Source: a virus. Taken from it: a stretch of 64,000 nucleotides of DNA. The notes under the pieces are model-generated. The model worked only from the letters and a program-made list of their open reading frames with translations, made no database searches and had not been told where the DNA came from. Below are positions 54,368-61,263 of the stretch, piece by piece. The stretch covers positions 7,904 to 71,903 of IMG/VR virus record IMGVR_UViG_3300029893_000005; one strand, 5' to 3'. The number at the start of each line of letters is the position of its first letter. Within the stretch, counting starts at the first letter, position 1. A program made the position numbers and the translations under genes.

Positions 54368-56898
54368 GCTGCTTCCTCCCTCATGGTGTCGAGCCACTCA
54401 CGGTAGCCCATGTGGTACACGCCCTGCTTGTCGGTGTATCCGTTGGGCCCCATCAACTCTCCGAGGCTGGGCCCCAGCATCCCCTCGACGTCGAGGGGCA
54501 CGGGGATCTTGAAGGGGTAGTCCATCTCCCGCATCAGGGCCTCCTGCTTCTCGGCCACGACCTCGGCCACGCCCAGCGGGATTTCCGCCCAGATAGCGTC
54601 GTGAACCACGTTGACCGGGATGAGGCGCTGGTTGTCGCGAAAGGTGCGGATCAACTTCCACAGGGTGCAGTCGCTGGCCGTGCTCTGCACGGGGAAGTTA
54701 GCCACCTGATTCTCAACGTGCCAGTCCGCCCGTCCCGTGAACTCGAAGGACCGCTGCCGCCCCCAGGGAGTGGTGATGAGGTCACCGCGGTAGGCCGCCT
54801 CGATCAGCGACTCCTGCCACGCCTTCAGTTCGGGGAACCGCCTGTGGAACTTCTTGTGGAAGTCCTCGGCTTCATGCAGCGACAACTTGTTGCGGCTGGC
54901 AAAGGTCTTCGGGGTCTCGCGATAGATCATCGCCAGCACTCCGACCTTCATCATTTCACGCTTCTTGGTGCCCTTCTTGCACTCTTCCAGCGGCAGCCCC
55001 CACAGGTCGGAGGCCATCACCTGATAGATGTCGCCGGCGAGGCAGGCCTTGATGAGGTTGCGGCTGTCGCACAGCCACGCCGCGATGCGCACCTCCACCT
55101 GGGCGAAGTCGAACTCGGCGAAGGCGTAGCCCGGCTGGGCTTGGAAGAGTTTACGGAAGGTGGGGTCCTTCTTCAGGTTCTGGATATTGGGGCGGGTGGA
55201 CGACAGGCGGCCGGTGACGGCGCCCTCCTCCCCGCTGTCCCCCTCACCGCGGTCCGTCTTGCACAACTGGTACTCGGTGTGGATCCGTCCGTCCACGATG
55301 TGGTGCTGCAACGGGGTGAGGAACTTGTTGCCGAGGTTGTCCCACTCCTTGAAGGCGACGAGGTACTTCCAGGCCTTGTGCCCGGCTGCCAGTTCGGGCA
55401 AGACCTCCTTCTTGTCGAGTTGCGGCTTGCCCGTCTTGGTGCGGCGGTGGACGATGGCGCCCGTGGTCTTGACCAGGGCGTACTGGCAGATGGGGGAGTT
55501 GGGGGAGAACACCCCGCCGAACCGCTTAGGCAGGTCCCGCTCCACCGCCTTCACCTCGGGCATCCGCCGCATCTTCTGCAGGATCTCCCCGGCCCATCGC
55601 TTGCTGGCGGTCTCCAGCGCACGGCAGTAGTGAGCGTCTGCCGGCAGCCCGTTGAGGGTGGTCTGCCCCAGCGCCACGATGGCGTCCCGCAGCAGCGTCT
55701 CGTAGACCGGCGGGGCCTGGACGTGCTTGATAGCATACTCCCGCAGCAGCATGGTGTTCCACACATCCCGCCCGTTCATGTCCGCTACCAGTTGAATGGG
55801 GACGTCCGCCAGCGAGGCGACGGGCTTCTGCTTGAGGGATCGCAGTCGCTCGTTCTCGGCCTCCACTGCTTCCCAGGCTGCGCCCTTCCAATTCTCGATG
55901 CCGAGCAGGTGATCGCACAGGGACTCCAGGCTGTTGCCGATCTTACCCAGGTCGAGCGAGGCGAAGGTCATCATGGTGTCGTGGACGCCCTTGAGCATCC
56001 AGTACAGGTTGGGCTCGAAGTAGTGGGCGAGGCAGGAGACGTCGACGTGGACGTTGTGCCCGTCGAGGATCTTGCCCTTCAGGCACGACAGGAACTCCCG
56101 CGTCATGAGCCGTTTCGGCACCACCCACACCGGCTCGTCCAGGCTGGTGCCGAAGCCGACGCACACGAAGGGTACCTTCGGCATCCAGTAGGTGAGCATG
56201 TCGGGGGCGTGCTCCTTCGCCTTCTTCGGGCTGCCCCACTCGCAGTCGAAGGTCACGACCTCGGCCCGCAGGATCTGCTTGCGCAGGGTGGCGAGGTCCT
56301 CCCCGCCGGTCACCAGCCGGATGTCAGGCTCCCGCTCCTGCACGCCCTCGATGATCTCGGCGGCGCGGGTGAAGATGCGGGTGTACTCCTCCGTGCAGTC
56401 GTTGCCCCGGATGTGGTACGACGGGTGGTAGGTGGTGAGCAGGTGGTAGGGGCCGGCGTTGTAGGTGCGCTTGCGGGCCTCGTTGACGGTTTTGGGGCCC
56501 TCCGGCCACAGCGCCTGCAGGGCGATAGCGCCCAGGGCGACCACGACCTTCGGCTTCAGCCGAGCGATGTCCCGGGCCAGATACTGCCGGCACAGAGCGA
56601 TCTGGTCTTCGTCGGGCTTGCCGGTACGGCAGCGCACGGCGTTGGACAGGGCGTAGGTCCCGCCCCAGGCGTCTAGCCAGGGCTGCAGCACGGCGCCGGG
56701 GTCGCCGCTGAAGGGGAAGCCCTCCTCGTCGTCCACCTCGTCGGGGGCTCCCCCCACCAGGAGGATGTCGACCTGGGTGCTGGTTGTGGAGATGGTGGGG
56801 ACCTTCCAAGTCGTACACCCGGCCTTCAGGCCGCAGGCGTCGCACAGCCGTGGATCGTACTCTCCCCGTCCAATGGGGTAGAAGGTGGGCTCGCTCAT
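54364..56898 (-). CDS. polA: Family A DNA polymerase with an N-terminal family-4 uracil-DNA-glycosylase-like domain and 3'-5' exonuclease
   Basis: UDG-like: CDACGL...C, NAVRC, TYHPSY. Exonuclease: FDCE, GHN...D. Polymerase: TGRLSSTRPNIQN, FDFAQVEVRI, R.MMKVGVLAMIY, NFPVQSTASD, VHDAIW. Confidence 0.9.
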   Translation of the reverse strand: MSEPTFYPIGRGEYDPRLCDACGLKAGCTTWKVPTISTTSTQVDILLVGGAPDEVDDEEGFPFSGDPGAVLQPWLDAWGGTYALSNAVRCRTGKPDEDQIALCRQYLARDIARLKPKVVVALGAIALQALWPEGPKTVNEARKRTYNAGPYHLLTTYHPSYHIRGNDCTEEYTRIFTRAAEIIEGVQEREPDIRLVTGGEDLATLRKQILRAEVVTFDCEWGSPKKAKEHAPDMLTYWMPKVPFVCVGFGTSLDEPVWVVPKRLMTREFLSCLKGKILDGHNVHVDVSCLAHYFEPNLYWMLKGVHDTMMTFASLDLGKIGNSLESLCDHLLGIENWKGAAWEAVEAENERLRSLKQKPVASLADVPIQLVADMNGRDVWNTMLLREYAIKHVQAPPVYETLLRDAIVALGQTTLNGLPADAHYCRALETASKRWAGEILQKMRRMPEVKAVERDLPKRFGGVFSPNSPICQYALVKTTGAIVHRRTKTGKPQLDKKEVLPELAAGHKAWKYLVAFKEWDNLGNKFLTPLQHHIVDGRIHTEYQLCKTDRGEGDSGEEGAVTGRLSSTRPNIQNLKKDPTFRKLFQAQPGYAFAEFDFAQVEVRIAAWLCDSRNLIKACLAGDIYQVMASDLWGLPLEECKKGTKKREMMKVGVLAMIYRETPKTFASRNKLSLHEAEDFHKKFHRRFPELKAWQESLIEAAYRGDLITTPWGRQRSFEFTGRADWHVENQVANFPVQSTASDCTLWKLIRTFRDNQRLIPVNVVHDAIWAEIPLGVAEVVAEKQEALMREMDYPFKIPVPLDVEGMLGPSLGELMGPNGYTDKQGVYHMGYREWLDTMREEAA

Positions 56899-56916
56899 TG
56901 CATCCTCCGGGAATAG

Positions 56917-57028
56917 TACACGACGAGACTGTGGAGTCGAACCACCACCCCGCCCTGGGGTATTGCAGGACTCGAACCTGCGTCAGGGTGCTACCCTGCC
57001 GGTAACCCGCCGTTATCCTCGTCGTGTA
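56917..57028 (-). ncRNA. Structured RNA module with two tRNA T-arm-like hairpins inside an 11-bp closing stem
   Basis: UACACGACGAG/CUCGUCGUGUA; GCAGG-UUCGAGU-CCUGC; GUGG-UUCGACU-CCAC; CAGGGU/ACCCUG. Confidence 0.65.
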
Positions 57029-57031
57029 TCT

Positions 57032-57163
57032 TGGTGGGGCGAGCAGGACTTGCACCTGCCTATTGGAGGGGAGGTAAGCAAGTGTTGCCGACTCTGCCTC
57101 CCGCCCGCTCCCCGACTCATCGCCGGACGGTTTCGGGCTCTGCCGCCTAGTGGTATCCGCCCC
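57032..57163 (-). ncRNA. 132-nt tRNA-like RNA with acceptor stem, T-arm and encoded ACCA end, but no canonical D or anticodon arm
   Basis: GGGGCGG/UCGCCCC 7-bp stem plus A-CCA; GCAGG-UGCAAGU-CCUGC; long arm GGGAGG...CCUCCC. Confidence 0.65.
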
Positions 57164-57166
57164 GGA

Positions 57167-57370
57167 GGTCCCGCAAGGCACGTCCTTGTTGCCCGCCCGA
57201 CGAGCCCGCCGAAGCGGCTTGAGGGCTCGTCAGGTGTCGGAACCCCACAGAGCGAATCGGAGTCGCCTCCCCGCAGTCCCGCCGCTCGTACCGCTCAAGC
57301 GGCGCTCGGCGGTACGAACTCGCTCGGGCCGGGGCGTATGTTCAGTAGCCCGGTCCGAACTTGCGGGACC
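57167..57370 (-). ncRNA. ~205-nt multibranch structured RNA module
   Basis: Closing stem GGUCCCGCAAG/CUUGCGGGACC; internal stems GUUCGUACCGC/GCGGUACGAGC and UGACGAGCCC/GGGCUCGUCG; GNRA and UUCG tetraloops. Confidence 0.65.
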
Positions 57371-57385
57371 ACGGGAGGGCGAACG

Positions 57386-58204
57386 CTAGTCGTCGTCCTC
57401 CTCGGTGACGGAGAACAGGCCTTCCTTGGCGTCGAGGATGCGGATGCCGTTCTCCTCCAGGAGCCCCTGCACCCGGGACGGGGTGGCCACGTCCGGGCCG
57501 AACTTGTCCTGCACGAGGTCCACCACCGACTTCAGGCCGTACTTCTTGCCCGGCCTGAGTTTCCGGTAGAGGGTAGCCACGTACTTGGTGAGCGCCGCCC
57601 GCTGCTCCTCCGTCAGCCCCGACTTCTTGGCGGAGGTCTCCTCGGACTTCTTGGCCGCGGCCTCGGCGTCACCCGACTTCGGCGGAGCCGGCTCGGGGGG
57701 CAGGGCGCCCTCCAGGTAGGTGTGCAGACGGCTGACCTGCTGCCCCACCTTCTCGATGGCGGTCTCCAGTTCGCCCAGCCGCCCCTCGATCTTGGCGATC
57801 TGATCGCTGGTCACGGCCGACACCGCTTTCGGGACCTTCGTCTCCAGCCCCTTCAGCGCCTCGAACACCGGCCCCAGGTCGACCTCGGCGGGCGCCGCCT
57901 TCTCGGCCTTCGCCTTCTTCTCGGGCAGCGGCTCGGACTTGACGCCCTTCTTGGGGGCGCTGCGCAGGGCGTCCTCGACGAACTCCTGCGGCAGGTTCAT
58001 GTCCTCGTCGTCCTCCTCGACGTCGGGGATCTCGTCCACGTCGTCGACGTCCGGAACTTCGTCCTCGTCGCCGTCATCGTCGTCGTCCAGCCCGTCGTCG
58101 TCGTCGTCCAGCCCGTCGTCGATGACCGGGGCGGGCGCCGCCTTCGGCTTGTTCTTGCTGCCCTTCGGGCGGCCCGGACCCTTCTTCGTTGCCGTCACTC
58201 CCAT
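57386..58204 (-). CDS. AT-hook + long acidic tract protein with coiled coil and a C-terminal helical domain
   Basis: KKGPGRPKGSKNK AT-hook followed by an Asp/Glu tract; ATG at 58204 with GGAGG SD. Confidence 0.7.
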   Translation of the reverse strand: MGVTATKKGPGRPKGSKNKPKAAPAPVIDDGLDDDDDGLDDDDDGDEDEVPDVDDVDEIPDVEEDDEDMNLPQEFVEDALRSAPKKGVKSEPLPEKKAKAEKAAPAEVDLGPVFEALKGLETKVPKAVSAVTSDQIAKIEGRLGELETAIEKVGQQVSRLHTYLEGALPPEPAPPKSGDAEAAAKKSEETSAKKSGLTEEQRAALTKYVATLYRKLRPGKKYGLKSVVDLVQDKFGPDVATPSRVQGLLEENGIRILDAKEGLFSVTEEDDD

Positions 58205-58244
58205 GTGCTTTCCTCCTGGAGTTGGGATATTCGCTCGCTCACCC

Positions 58245-58273
58245 ATCCTAGCAAATCTTGTGAAGATTGTCTA
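58245..58273 (-). promoter_or_regulatory. Sigma70-type promoter with the operator in the spacer
   Basis: TAGACA, 17 bp, TAGGAT; ATCTTGTGAAGAT at 58255-58267. Confidence 0.7.
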
Positions 58274-58504
58274 GGGGTTAGTCGAGGGAATTTCTTTCGT
58301 TTGCGTGATACCTCCCCGATTTTTCTGGTCAACCAGGGAGTCCATCACCATTCGCTGCATCGCCGACATCGCCTGCGGCATCTCCCACCCAAGAAACTTT
58401 CGGTGGGCCACCTTCCGCCCTTCGGGCCCGTCCTCGATCTCGTAGGTGTCGAGGCGGAAGGAACCGTCGTCGCACTGGTAGAGGTGGCCGCGGAACTTCT
58501 TCAT
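58271..58504 (-). CDS. Small hypothetical protein
   Basis: 77-aa ORF; ATGA overlap. Confidence 0.55.
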   Translation of the reverse strand: MKKFRGHLYQCDDGSFRLDTYEIEDGPEGRKVAHRKFLGWEMPQAMSAMQRMVMDSLVDQKNRGGITQTKEIPSTNP

Positions 58505-58827
58505 CCCGAGTACCGCTCCCGCCTCCGGCGCTCGGTGCCGGGCTGTGCCTTCAGCCAGTCAGCGGAGGGGAGGGCGGGGCGACGGACCCCCTCCTGCTTG
58601 TCGCTGTCCTCCCGCATCATGCGGTCGATGAGGTAACGCAGGACGTGGATAGGCTTGACTGCCCGTCCCGTAAGGTCCCGTTCTGCCATCTCCCCCGCTT
58701 TGCGCGCCAGCCACGCGAACTGCTCCTTCGTAAAGGTGGCCCAGATACGATGCTCGTAGATCGTCCCACGAGCCACCGCGTCCTCCGGGAAGTCCTTCCA
58801 GGTGGCGAGGTCGTGCTTACCCGGCAT
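58501..58827 (-). CDS. Hypothetical protein, possibly RHH-like
   Basis: RIWATFTKEQFAWL...IHVLRYLIDRMM pattern. Confidence 0.45.
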   Translation of the reverse strand: MPGKHDLATWKDFPEDAVARGTIYEHRIWATFTKEQFAWLARKAGEMAERDLTGRAVKPIHVLRYLIDRMMREDSDKQEGVRRPALPSADWLKAQPGTERRRRERYSG

Positions 58828-59152
58828 GGCGCACCTCGAACCCCGACCCACCCCGCACTCCGCGAGGCGGTCCTCCGTGACCGGGAGAACGTGGAACCGG
58901 GGCGCCCCCGTCGTCGCGCTGCGGCGGACGCTCCCTCCCGTCCTCGCCGAAGAACTTCCCCCCGACCCAGGTGCCCAGCAGGCGGGGGTCGGAGTGGTCG
59001 GCGTAGTCCACGATGGACAGCACCAGCCCGAACTCGGCGTGCAAGCCCTCAGCAATGCGCAGGGCATGCTTCTCGTCTCGTGCCGTGGCGACCGGCAGGA
59101 TGTCCGTCTGGTGGGAGTTCGGCTCCAGGAGCCTGAACCTCATGCTGCTCAC
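58817..59152 (-). CDS. Hypothetical protein
   Basis: GTG start with AAGGAGG SD. Confidence 0.5.
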   Translation of the reverse strand: MSSMRFRLLEPNSHQTDILPVATARDEKHALRIAEGLHAEFGLVLSIVDYADHSDPRLLGTWVGGKFFGEDGRERPPQRDDGGAPVPRSPGHGGPPRGVRGGSGFEVRHAG

Positions 59153-59454
59153 GTCAGGGTGGCCTCCTTCTCGTGGCAGGCGGGGCAGATGAAGCCCGCC
59201 TCCCTCATCTCCTCGGCCAGCACCGAGGGCTTGCGTTTGCGAAGTTCGTACAGGCAGTCTCGGATCAGTCTGCGGTCGAGGCGGGTCTGGTCCCGGTTGA
59301 TGACGGGAGCGGGCAGCAGCCCGTTCACCTGCCCCCAGGCCAGCACCTCGTTGTAGTCGACGGTCTCCTGGGCACCGCACTCGGTACACTCCACGTCGAC
59401 CGGGATGGGTTCCGCCTCCAGCCGGCGGCGCTGCTTCTTCAACTTGGGATGCAC
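59149..59454 (-). CDS. Zinc-ribbon protein
   Basis: CTECG and CPACH pairs. Confidence 0.6.
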   Translation of the reverse strand: MHPKLKKQRRRLEAEPIPVDVECTECGAQETVDYNEVLAWGQVNGLLPAPVINRDQTRLDRRLIRDCLYELRKRKPSVLAEEMREAGFICPACHEKEATLT

Positions 59455-59458
59455 GCCC

Positions 59459-60262
59459 TCAGCCCAGCCCCTTTCTTCGTGTCAGCCCCTCAGCCAGGAC
59501 CTCCTCGGTCTGGTGGTCGTCACAGAGAGGAACGATCTCTACGGATTCCTGAAGGGAGGACAGCGCCCCGTAGGGGGACCGGCAGGCGTGGTACATATCC
59601 TCCCGGGACAGCCGTATACGCATGTTCAGGAGAACCTGCTGCAGCGTGGTCCCCGCAAGCCGGCCGCAGACGTAGCAGGGAAGTGTAACCGGAACCGGCT
59701 CGGCTGCAGCCTCCTCCATCTCCTCTATGCTGGGGGGAGGGTCGAGGGACTCCTCGTCAGCCGGCGGCGGTGCTATCGCAGGCTCTCGCCGCTGTCGGGG
59801 GGGCTCCTCCCCATAACGGTAGCGGCGATTGGTGACACGCTTGGCCCACGACCGAATCGACTGCGCCAGATCCGCAGTAAGGTGGAGCATCGCATCTCGG
59901 ACGAAAGTCAACGGGTTCTCGCCGCGGGCGGCGCACCAGTCCAGGAACTTCCGGATGCGGGCGCCAGCGTTGGACTTGAACAGGGCCATGTGCTCGATGT
60001 TGACGCACCACGCCCGATCGCACATGGCGTAGAGGTGGTACCCCTCGGGGATCGGGCCGTGGGCTGCCTCCCACAAGACGATCTTGGCTTGCCGACCGTA
60101 CTGCTTACGGACTCCGTTCTTGACGAACGGGCGCCCCCCTCGATGGGTGAGCAGGCAATAACGACACTTCGACATCCCCGGCTGCTCGGTCTTGGCCGAC
60201 TCGCGGGTCCGTTCTTGAACGACGTGGAGATCGTACTCCGCAGGGCTCAAAATGAATGACAC
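59459..60262 (-). CDS. Degenerate HNH-like domain + Pro/Glu linker + C-terminal zinc finger
   Basis: WEAAHGPIPEG...CDRAWCVN.EH; the expected catalytic His is absent (YAMC). CYVC...C...CDDH at the C-terminus. Start may be 60262 or 60301. Confidence 0.55.
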   Translation of the reverse strand: MSFILSPAEYDLHVVQERTRESAKTEQPGMSKCRYCLLTHRGGRPFVKNGVRKQYGRQAKIVLWEAAHGPIPEGYHLYAMCDRAWCVNIEHMALFKSNAGARIRKFLDWCAARGENPLTFVRDAMLHLTADLAQSIRSWAKRVTNRRYRYGEEPPRQRREPAIAPPPADEESLDPPPSIEEMEEAAAEPVPVTLPCYVCGRLAGTTLQQVLLNMRIRLSREDMYHACRSPYGALSSLQESVEIVPLCDDHQTEEVLAEGLTRRKGLG

Positions 60263-60426
60263 CCCCTTGAATCCTCTTGGCGGCCAAACAAGCCACGACA
60301 CTCATTCGCCCATAGAACATACCGGGGGTGCCAAACGAAAGATTGATTGTTCTTCTATGTTTGGCTCGCCACTTAGATGGGAAGTATGTCCTATAGCCTA
60401 TAGGTGTGTGTTCGTGGCTGAACACC

Positions 60427-60455
60427 ATTATATCCGACAGCCCTCTCCCTGTCAA
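60427..60455 (-). promoter_or_regulatory. Perfect-consensus sigma70 promoter
   Basis: TTGACA (60450-60455), 17 bp, TATAAT (60427-60432). Confidence 0.85.
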
Positions 60456-60498
60456 GAGGGGTAGAGGGCTTCTTCATGACTTTTTTCCGCCGAGGGAC

Positions 60499-60526
60499 TT
60501 GTCCACAAGTTATCCACATACCCACA
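60499..60526 (+). promoter_or_regulatory. Tandem DnaA boxes (candidate replication origin)
   Basis: TTGTCCACA (60499-60507), TTATCCACA (60510-60518), degenerate ATACCCACA (60518-60526), in a ~500-bp non-coding gap. Confidence 0.6.
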
Positions 60527-60715
60527 TCCCAGCCGAAGAAGGCTCCTGCCGAGGGAGGGGTGAGCAATCGTTTGCAGTCCCCTGGACGTAATAGGGCAAG
60601 TGATTTGATCGTAGGGGTCGGCCTGCGCTTGACGCTTGGCCTCCCCCCGAGATCCAAAAGTCCTCGGCTATTCAATCATCCCCGGCCGAACACTCGTTCG
60701 ACAGGGCCGGAGGGC

Positions 60716-60755
60716 AAAAAGAAAGGCCCCCCGCGTCCGTCGACACGAGAGGCCT
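60716..60755 (-). terminator. Intrinsic terminator
   Basis: 14-bp stem AGGCCUCUCGUGUC-GACG-GACGCGGGGGGCCU followed by UUCUUUUU. Confidence 0.8.
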
Positions 60756-60801
60756 CTCCCCTACACGAAAGGAACAGGATGCAATGAACCTGTCGGGACT
60801 T

Positions 60802-61263
60802 CTACGGAGCCTCGGCTGACTCCTCCTTCTCTCGGGACTGCTTGACCGCTTCTTCCCACCACTCGGGTAACCCGCGGTCTTGCAGGTCGATGTAGCAGGT
60901 GGGGTGGTAGGATGCAAAGGGCGTAGTCGGCGGATCCTGCCCAGGCACCGGGGCGTCGGGGTTGTGCCCATCAAGCAGAGCGCAGCAGTACCGGCAGGCC
61001 GTACCCGGCCAGTGGAAGCCGTACCCGTAGTCAGTGGCGATCTCCACCTTCTCGGGCGGCTGCCCGCAGGCGCAGCAGCGGAAGCGGTCGGCGTGCCCCT
61101 GCTCGTTGGGTGGGGCGTTGTAGTAGGAGCGCCCCTCGGTACCCCATGCTTCGCCGATGGTGCCGACGAGGCGGGTCCAACAGACGTCGACCGTACCGTT
61201 GTAGAGGAAGTAGGCGAAGGAGCCGTCGCTCTCGAAGCGGACGATGCCCGTGGCTCGACTCAT
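60802..61263 (-). CDS. Cys-rich hypothetical protein
   Basis: G.VRF.DG..A.F.Y.GTVD N-terminus; CCAC and CRYCC; GGAGG SD. Confidence 0.6.
   Translation of the reverse strand: MSRATGIVRFESDGSFAYFLYNGTVDVCWTRLVGTIGEAWGTEGRSYYNAPPNEQGHADRFRCCACGQPPEKVEIATDYGYGFHWPGTACRYCCALLDGHNPDAPVPGQDPPTTPFASYHPTCYIDLQDRGLPEWWEEAVKQSREKEESAEAP

Noticed and set aside
57110-57140. Hammerhead-like words (CGAAAC ... CGAUGAG)
   Set aside because: Stems I and III cannot form between the words and the core is CGAUGA rather than CUGAUGA.
57032-57163. Canonical tRNA or tmRNA call
   Set aside because: No proper D or anticodon arm, no G3-U70 pair and no tag reading frame, so it is reported only as tRNA-like.
57366-57385. 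HDV/theta-ribozyme-like GCC-CUCCCGU-GGU hairpin
   Set aside because: The required P1 partner lies downstream rather than upstream, so the nested double pseudoknot cannot be built.
58081-58121. 21-bp tandem repeat
   Set aside because: Explained by the DDGLDDD coding repeat in the acidic tract; not a separate element.
56885-58636. 583-aa + strand ORF and 56324-57181 - strand ORF crossing the ncRNA region
   Set aside because: No start context or motifs; they overlap real genes on the opposite strand, and the interval is better explained by RNA structure.
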